Source: Camelus ferus (Eukaryota). Taken from it: 64,000 nt of DNA. The stretch covers positions 95,544,001-95,608,000 of the forward strand of contig NC_045697.1 of assembly GCF_009834535.1 (NCBI RefSeq). Direction: 5' to 3'. The notes below the pieces were generated by a model. It was not told the origin of the DNA and ran no database searches. It was given only the letters and a program-made list of their open reading frames with translations. Numbering within the stretch: position 1 is the first letter of the stretch; every line of letters starts with the position of its first letter. Made by a program: the position numbers and the translations under genes. This document shows positions 55,783-64,000 of this stretch, piece by piece.

Positions 55783-55870
55783 CCCTCCTGGATGAACATT
55801 TGCCCTACAAAACATTTTAGGGCTTAATTACCAAAGAAAAATGGAATGTGTTTATTCGGTTACAATTAAG
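55157..55870 (-). mobile_element. Old MLT1 LTR containing a (TA)n/T tract
   Basis: cccacatctcattggacagaatt…cacatggccacctctagttgcaagagaagctgagaaatgt. Confidence 0.7.
55719..55782. repeat. (TA)n microsatellite followed by poly-T
   Basis: Direct reading. Confidence 0.95.
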
Positions 55871-57359
55871 AGCTTTTTACATAGTCCAATCTATTCCCTC
55901 CCAAGTATTTCTGCATAACCATCTCATCTTTTTTAAGGAATGTAAAACCTCACACTCCCTGTATGAAACAGTAAGAACTTCCTTCATTTGCAGCATCCAG
56001 GTCAAAGTTCAGGATCTTAGGGTCACAGGTGAACTTCTTTGGTTTAGCTCCTTGAAGTGTATCACACATACAGTGGTGTATTACTTGCCACAGTAAATCT
56101 CCGTTTAGAAATGGGGAGAGCAAAACATGTCACAGTCACTAGTCAATAGCAAATTCCAGTTCTTAGGGAATAGCAGAGACTTTCTTGTCCAGACTTTCTT
56201 GGTTGGGCTCATCTGGCCATAACGAGTTCCATTTTCTGAGAGGTTCTTGTACTTTTCTCTCTCTGGCCACATCTGAGCCAGCATTGGATTCTGTGTTCTG
56301 CATGGCTTTCCCAGCATGGTACTGCTAAAATTAGTTTGGTAACCGGAAATTGGAAAATGCTTCAAGTCAGGTATGAATAAAGTATTAATAATAATACAGG
56401 TCCAAAAGCAAAAAACAACAGCAACAAGATAATAGATTCAACTTAAAACTTTGTCATGCCTGTGACCATTACACTGTGAATGGCACAACAAATTTTGAGG
56501 GGTTATCTTTCCAATAGTTGAAGACTATAATGTTTTTCAGTAAAGAAATCACACACATGGGCAACAAACTACAGAAGTTCAAACATATACTTTATTATTT
56601 CACTTTCTCTTACCTGTAAATGTAAAGAAAATATCAACTTTTATATCAACACTACACTAGCTCATTAGATGCAGCTTAATTTGTCTGGATGTGAGAGTTG
56701 GGCCAAAATCAACAGCAGCATTCTATAAAATCAATTAGCTATTTGGAATATTTAATAAGGTATATTTCATATTTTACTATTGTTTGTAAGTCATGCTACT
56801 CATCTTTAATAGCCTTTGTCTGTCTCAATCATCTGTCTGTCTGGAAAGCTCATTCTTAAATATTTAGCAGTATGCCACTGGCCATCAGGTGGTATTCATA
56901 GCTATTGCTTGTGCATTTTCACATATGAATTACACAAAATTAATATTGGTAAAAGGAAGAATATATACAATGGGGTGCTATTTATATAAATGCATAAACT
57001 ATTCCAAAGCACTATACATATATGTGTTTCTATATTATTTTTGTTAGAAATATATGTAATTAGTAATGCATATACATTATCTACATGTTCATGGGTAACA
57101 TGTATATGTGTTATATATCTATGTGACTACAATTTATAATAATCTTTGTTGATCTTTCGAGAATATCATTGAAATAGATTAAAAAGGGCGTCAAATGTGT
57201 TATCAGGGACCAAGGTTCTTAAGTTTGTAGTATGAAATATTTTGAACATACAATAAACTATAAGGAATAATAGAGTGCTTCAAATATGTTTTTGAAATTT
57301 TATTAAGATGATGCCTGAGTATGCACAGTATTATTATAAAAAAGCATAGTTCCAATACA

Positions 57360-57615
57360 TTTTTTAATTAATAGACTTTATTTTGTAGAGTAGTTTTGAG
57401 TGTTAAAATGTGAGGAAAGTATAGAGTACCCATATGCTCCCCCTTCTTCCTCCCCAGTTTCCTCTGGTATTAGCATCTTACATTAGTGTGATGTATTTGC
57501 TAAAGTTGATGAGCCAATATTGATACATTATTAACTGAAGTCCATAGTCTACATTAGGGTTCACTCTTTGTGTTTTACATTTTATGGGTTTGGAAAAATG
57601 TATAATGGCATGATA
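57360..57615 (-). mobile_element. L1MC-type 3'UTR fragment with TSD
   Basis: gatgagccaatattgatacattattaactgaagtccatagtctacattagggttcactctt; flanks aatacatttttt / aatacgttttta. Confidence 0.9.
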
Positions 57616-58559
57616 AATACGTTTTTAAATATAGGGTTAAACCAAAATAGATTTTAAAAATTAGTGAGATTAAGTGTTATATTTGATTATGTGTTTGTAA
57701 GTATATTTCTCACTGCTAGAGTATAAGCCTGTTAGGAGTATAATCTTTGTATGTTTTGTTTATTATTATATTTGTAATTTGTAATGCCTAGAGCAGTTTC
57801 TTGCCAGGCATAGATGCTCAGTAACTATTTCTCGAATAGCAAATGCAAAGTTGTATATAAATGTGAATATTCTTGAAACAGAACTGGTAGTCTCTAATGT
57901 AAAATAAAATGAGGAACTGGAACAAAGAATTTTAAACCACACTTGAAAATCTCAGAAATTTCAAAATGGTTTGGAGGAAAGGAAAGAAACAAAATAATCT
58001 GAGGGTAACTAAAGGATTTACAAAGGTGTGGATGGAACAGAGTTTAAAAAAAAAAAAGGCATAATGATAAAAACGAAAAAGAGGTAAAGGCTAATGAAGT
58101 ACCAAGCTATAGTAACAACAGTTATTTCTAGCACTAATACTTAAAGGAATAAGAGAGAAAAGAAATAGAATGAGAAAGAGGGAGGGGTTGAGGGAGAGAG
58201 AGACATGGGGAGAGCTACCAAGCAAAAACTCCCTCTTTGATGGACACGACCAAATCAAAGAGATCTGACACGATAGGATTAGAGAACCAAATACCTCTCT
58301 CTTTATTCCGTGGATCTCCTGTCAGCATATCTTTTTCTTGAAACTAAGTCATGCATTGAGAAGTAAGGAAATCAAGTGATGGGGCCAATAACGGTCAACT
58401 TCTCAGTAACAGAATAGGGTACAGAAAGCAGAGAATGACTCTAGCCTGGCAAACAGAAGAGCTCCTTTTCAGTCCTGGAGTTTTGTCTGACATAACACAT
58501 TCTTTGGGTGAAAATTTTGAATCCTTCACACAGAGGATACAAAAAAAAAAAAAAAATCT

Positions 58560-60233
58560 CTCATTAGCCACCATATCCCAGAGGGTGTTGGCAACTGAGT
58601 TGCATTCTCAATGGAAACCAAAAATAATATTCAGCCATATATCCAAGCTTACATGGATATGCATAGCTTTTTTTTTCTACCACATGTTCCATTTCCTTTA
58701 CCTTCTGCCAGCACCTAGATGGACCTGGTTCTTTATCTGGCTAAATGACTCAAAGTACTTTAAGATGTGAGTCCTTGTTAGCGTTGTCTTCATGTAGTCT
58801 CAGTACATTTCCACTGAAAAGACTACTGATCAAAAGGCTGTAAGAGGTTCCCTAGTGAATCCTCTGAGTTCCAGTCATGGTCATCTTGGTGCCAAGTATA
58901 GGGCAAAGAAGCTCATTTTCTGCTTAGAAATTAGGACCAACCAGCTGCCACCTAATTTGACAATCCTCTTTTACATATTGCTTTGGTAGCACGAGGATCC
59001 TCTAATGACCAGGGTGTTGTCTCAGCTTCCAGGTGAGTGAGACCATTGCCATATTCCCTGGTGAAAGCAATTTTTCCTTATATGATAGAACCTTGAAACC
59101 CATGGAGTCTGGTGGGTTATTTGATAGTGGTTAAAAAGGGCCATTCCTACCCCACATCTCCTGGTTTGTGAATCTATGTTTCTGGCTATGGAAGAGGCAG
59201 CTACTTTCTGTTATAACCTGAATTATTTAGGAAAGCACTCCGTTCCTGTAGGCAGTTGTCTGCCAGCTGGCATTAAAACTGAGCATTCTGTGGGTGATAA
59301 CATAATTCTGTCAAACCAGCTGCTTCTGGATTACACAGCACACAGTAAAAATATTCTGTGGGTGTGACTCCTTGCCGGGGCTCTCTTTGTCAATCTATCC
59401 CTTCACCAGAGATGATGTTAAATGAGAAATTATGGCAATGGATAAGATCTTCTGGCAAAAGCCCTGGGGCTTTCAGGGCTTGGAATACTTTTGCATGAGA
59501 TATCTTTCTCTCAAGGGGGGGAAAAAATCATTGCATTTTCCATGACAGAATGTGCGCGGTGTAGTAATGACAACACCGTGAGGTCAGGCCAGTCAAGATG
59601 GCTGTTCCCTCGCTCTCTGTTCATTCCCTCCCCAACTAGGCCCTGCTTCACTCACACCACTAGCCAATTCTCTTAATTATAGGGCTTAATCAGTAAGTGC
59701 CTACATGCTTGCCCCCTGCCCCAGCCGCTGGTTTCCCTGGTAACTGATGGGACGTTCTGACATCAGCTCCCCCTATAAATGCTAGCCTCCCTCTTCTGCA
59801 GCAGGGAAGACTGCTAAGGAGCTGCCGGGGATACACAGTGGGGAGTCGCTCCGAGTCCTTCTGTTCTGGACATGTAAGGCCCCTTATCCAGGAAACCACT
59901 GATGTCTCTCGCTGTCTCCGGGCTCTTTCTTTGGTCTCCAAGCTGGGCAATTATAAGTCTTGCAGGCCTGTGGGGTGTAACCCAATAGTTCCCCCCCCCC
60001 CCATTGAACAGACACCCAGGTCAATAGCCACAGTTGGTCTAGGAAAATGTAATATAAGCAGTTGTGGTTCCATCTAGGCCTCTATTTCAGAGACCCAGCT
60101 CTATGTGAGTGTATCCTTCTAGGTAAACTGGCTTAGGTCTGGGACATGGGTATGAAGTGTTAGTTTTCTGCTGACCAGACTTGAATCCTTTTTCCTCCTG
60201 TATGTGTAGCGCCACTTTACCAGGACATCCATC
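58560..60233 (-). mobile_element. ERV-L internal remnant C (gag end/protease start, then integrase C-terminus and dUTPase-like region), split by an LTR
   Basis: Minus-strand translations: LWLLTWVSVQWGG (~60033-59995; cf. LRPFTRVTVHWGKGN), NPEAAGLTE (~59333-59306; cf. HPEAAGLIE), LLSPGNMAMVSLTWKLRQHPGH (~59070-59005; cf. MLPPGDTTMVPLNWKLRLPPGH). Confidence 0.85.
59416..59987 (+). mobile_element. ERVL-type LTR (MER74/MER88-like) inserted antisense into remnant C
   Basis: TATAAA at 59774-59779; U5-like ccactgatgtctctcgctgtctccgggctctttc…gcaggcctgtggggtgtaacccaata; 5' boundary uncertain (59416 or 59560). Confidence 0.75.
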
Positions 60234-61107
60234 TGTTACGTTCTCAGAGACCTCATCCTCAGTTAGTTACCGACTTGAAAAAGCCCAGGGCTGAAGATCA
60301 ATAAGAACACAACTGTAGTCAATAACAGTTGTTTATTATGTTGCTGTAGCAATGAAACACAGATTGAAAGCATCATGAGATGTTTCTGTAAAGGGAGTTA
60401 CAGGATGTGAGCTAATGGGGTTGTGGGGCGACCACGTTTTCTTTGGAGACACCTGTGGACCAGGGCCAGGCCTGGTCTGGGGTGGGCAGAGTGTGGTGTT
60501 TTCCAGGAAGGCAAACACCTTGGATCCCACAAGGTGCAGTTTGTGGCTTCAGGGGTGTGAGGGTAGTAAGTGCGGGTCTTGAGGGAGGGACAGAGGAGGA
60601 TGGACTGGAATGCCCTGAGGGTCCGGGGTAGCTCAAGAGGTTAGCAAATCCAATGAAGTTCTGCGGCTGCTGCCACTACTCTCCCAAGAGGAAGCCAGAT
60701 CTCTCATTTCTCAAGAGCTCTGTAGGGGCTGACAGGGTAGTCCTGGGATGAGAACCACCTGGGTACCCAGGTGCTCGAGGCCCTTCATCTCAGATTCACC
60801 CTAAGGAATCCAGCCTGTTGCCTCATATCGAGCCAAACCCTCATCCTCCTCGACCCCTTCTCCCAGCTTGGAGTCACAGTGCTATGGCGCCTCTCTCCAG
60901 GGGCCTGGCCGGGTGGGGGGGGAGGAGGGGACTTACCAAGGCCAGAATGAGGCAATGAACTGCACATGCCCAGGAGCAACTCTCTAGCCTTCCAAGGAGA
61001 CGCAGGCCCTGCCGTACTGAGTAGTGACGTTGGCTTCTGCCGTGAACCCTTGGGACACAGTATGATGTCTTCCAAGGTCTGAGGCCGCCTCATTGTGGTA
61101 TATACCA
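60234..61107 (-). mobile_element. GC-rich LTR-like element, family not assigned
   Basis: Minus strand ends …GTAACA at 60234, has AATAAA at 60332-60337 and begins TG at ~61107. Confidence 0.5.
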
Positions 61108-61161
61108 TATAGTTTATAAAGTGTGAGTAATGCTATGTATTTATTTTCCCAGGAGGGACAA

Positions 61162-61188
61162 GTGTGTGTGTGTGTGTGTGTGTGTGTG
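61162..61188. repeat. (TG)n microsatellite
   Basis: Direct reading. Confidence 0.95.
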
Positions 61189-62118
61189 AGTGAATTTATC
61201 GTCAGTGGAAGGAATGCAAGTAGAAGGAAATTACATGGTATTTTGTTTTTAGTGTCCTTGTACCCTTAAATCTGGCTATTTTCAGACATTTTTGCTGTGA
61301 CTTTGGAATGGTCTCCTTTTGATCTTGTTCCATCACAGTAATGAAGATTCCTCATCTGACGTTGATATTCTATGAAATTTCTCATTTCCAATATGAAACA
61401 CTGCATACCAGCTGTTTTCTTCCTACTGCCCGCTGGATCCTTGAAGGTGCTTTGTTCTTGCTTTCTCAGTCACTCCTTTGGCCAAGGGCAAGTAAAGTCA
61501 GACTGAAAAATATTTATCTGTTTAGTCCAGATCCACACAGTTTTCAAGATTTTGTTGATCAGAAGGTTGTTGTCTTTAGTTGGACAAGAATTTGTCTTCT
61601 CTATTCCTTCTGTAGCGCGTTAAGTTGTGGAATTATCTGATATGACCGCGGCCTCCCATTATTACTGCTACTTTGAACAGAATGCGTTGACCAGCCGCAT
61701 TACATGCAATTAAAAGAAGGAAAGCTTATTTGTCCGTGTAAGGGGCTATGAAGGCAGGACGTAGAGTACAGATCCCAATCATGGAAACATCTCCACACTT
61801 CCATCTGAGTCTTTCATAGAGTCAGTTTGTCTTCTGTTTTTGAGAAATGACATATTTACATAAGTGCAGTAAAAATATTATATAGCACACACATTTCCTT
61901 GAAGAGGAATCAAAGGATATGTATGAGCTAGTTTATGACAACCCGTTAATCAGTGTAAACTAATTTTTTTTTGGGGGGGATCACCAAAACGGAGGTACCA
62001 TAATGATTTTTCCTAGGATCAGAGACAAAATTTGGATGGCCTTTTCCAGTTATATTACTATATCATTGAAAATGTAGCTTATGAAGAGTGAACTGTGAGC
62101 TCTCCTGAACAGGTGACA

Positions 62119-62300
62119 CAGTTGTCCCTAGGTATCCGTGGGAGACTGGTGCCAGGACCCCCACCAATGCTAAAATCCACGAATACTAATGTCCCTTATA
62201 TAAAATGGTGTAGTACAGTCAGGCCTCCATATCGGAGTGTTCTGCATCTGCGGATTCCACCAACTGCAGGTGTGGAACCTGTGGATAGGAGGTCCGACTG
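62119..62300. mobile_element. MER8-like (TcMar-Tigger) MITE
   Basis: cagttgtccctaggtatccgtgggagactggtgccaggaccccc…gtcccttatataaaatgg…ggataggaggtccgactg|ta; imperfect TIRs and TA flank. Confidence 0.88.
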
Positions 62301-63139
62301 TAGTCGTCTCACTTCGAGTATTTTGGGAAAACATATTACATAGGTTTTATATGTATGAAAGGCTCTCATAATTGCCCAAATATACAGTATGGCTATGTAT
62401 TCAGTAGGCAAGGTATGCCTGGTTTTCACATCAGATGTGGTATCTGCACAGAAAGAGTTAGGGGTACAAGTGTTGTTTATTACTAAGAGAGCAAGCCAAT
62501 TACTGGTATCAGGATGCAGGCTGACTTTCCGAGTGGATATAAATAGCATCTACAAATCAGGCTAGAAAGTCTCTGAAGAGAACAAACGATACAGCAGCAA
62601 GGGTAGCCCCAGTATTTATTTCCTCTGGTGAGCTGTTTTCTGTTGACAATTCTAATATTATTTCAGGGGAAGTATTTTCTTGACTAGGAGTGGAGGTGAA
62701 AACCAATTTTTATAAGATTGAAGGTTGGGGTGAATAATGATAGGACAATTTATATATATATATCACAAGGAACCTGTTGAAGAAAATATACTTTCTGAGC
62801 AGTGAAAGGAACAGCTATTAAGTTTGTGTCATCAGAATCCCATGGAAGGTGACAAATTTGGGCATCAATAAGATTTAGAGCATAAACTATATTCTGAGAA
62901 AAACTGAAGAGAGTTTTGCTTTTCCTTAGGTGATAGAAGAAAGCCAGATGAGATGAAGAATAATATGGTGAAGATTTGTGAGAACAACTGTCATAGGCAA
63001 AGTCATCACAAAGAGGTACCAAATAATAACTATAATAAGTAGTAAATCAAAAGGAAATAAGCAGGTCTACTTAGAAGATTGTTTTATCATTTGTGTGGAA
63101 GCTGTCTGCTCTGTCCCATTATCTGCTTGATCCAAGAAT

Positions 63140-63647
63140 CTTTTTCCCCCCTAGCTTTATTGATGTATATAATAGACTTTTAACATTGTGTAAGTGTGAG
63201 ATGTAAAATGTGATGATTTGATACACATATATATTGTGAAATATTTGCAATCGATGTTAGTTAAAACATCCTTCACCTCACATAATTACCATTTGTTGTT
63301 GTTATAGTGAGAACATTTAAGATTTACTTTTTAAGCAACTTCCAAGCATGCAATACAGTATTGTTAACTATATTCACCATGATATACATTAGATCTCTAG
63401 AAGTTATTCCTCTTAAACGTTTGTACCCTTTGGCCAGTATCTCCCCATTTCCCCTGCCACCGAGCCCCTGGCAATGACTAATCTTCTCTGTTTGATGGTT
63501 CAGCTCTTTGGATTCTACATATGAATGAGATGACAACAGTATTTCTTTGTCACTCTGGCTTATTTTACTTGGCATAATGCCCTCAGGTTCATCTCTGCTG
63601 TGGCAAATGGCAGGATTTCCTTCTTTTTTATGAATGATTAATATTCC

Positions 63648-63695
<48 letters not shown>

Positions 63696-64000
63696 TATGC
63701 TGAATTTTCTTTATCCATCCATCCATCCATCAGTATACATTTAGGTTGTTTCCATGTTTTTGTTATTGTGAATAATTTTGTGATGAATGTGGGGGTGCAG
63801 ATTTTTCTACAAGATAGTGATTTTATTTCTGAATAAATTGAATAAATGCCTGGAAGTGGAATTGCTGGATCATATGTAGTCTTACTTTTAACTTTTTTGA
63901 GAAGCCTCCATAGTGTTTTCCATAGAGGATATGTGTACTAGGGTCCCCTTTTGACACATTCTCACCAGCTTTTATCTCTTGTCTTTTTTCATAATAGCCA
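63140..64000 (-). mobile_element. L1MA-type 3' end, running off the window
   Basis: caatacagtattgttaactata…gttgtttccatg…gaagtggaattgctggatcat. Confidence 0.93.
63650..63692. repeat. (GT)n microsatellite within L1
   Basis: Direct reading. Confidence 0.95.

Noticed and set aside
58560..58800. Possible retroviral env TM remnant (RRxR followed by SVANTL-like text on the minus strand)
   Set aside because: Translating the upstream sequence gave ERV-L integrase and dUTPase-like motifs, and the segment matches the ERV-L 3' internal end; ERV-L has no env
59988..60002. G12AAC on the minus strand as a polypurine tract next to an inverted LTR
   Set aside because: It is the expanded WGKGN-coding segment at the start of the ERV-L protease, not a PPT
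1..64000. CRISPR arrays, operons, tRNA or rRNA genes
   Set aside because: No repeat-spacer arrays, prokaryotic gene structure or structural RNA signatures seen; the DNA is mammalian

Overview
AT-rich eutherian nuclear DNA dominated by transposable-element relics, with no recognisable multi-exon protein-coding sequence. The L1 3'UTRs are of cetartiodactyl type, and I saw no ruminant Bov-A/BovB, pig PRE-1 or cetacean CHR SINEs, so a camelid origin is likely (inference). The window holds about 14 L1 fragments (several with target-site duplications), L2/MIR/MLT1/MER relics, three separate ancient ERV-L pol remnants with nested LTRs, and a well-preserved ERV1-type solo LTR with a 4-bp TSD. The clearest host feature is a CpG- and motif-enriched promoter-like region at ~11.68-12.22 kb. 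It ends in a candidate + strand first exon whose only coding content is ATG-AAA-AAG followed by a GT donor; I could not name the gene. Most listed ORFs are antisense-L1 or chance ORFs. I found no convincing evidence of a wholly new biological system. The best leads are the micro-coding first exon with a possible divergent spliced antisense RNA, an ERV-L whose pol core is deleted at an inserted LTR, and recurrent nonsense mutations at the same WW codons in three L1 copies. Repeat family names come from recalled consensus motifs, not from a search, and boundaries of old repeats are approximate.
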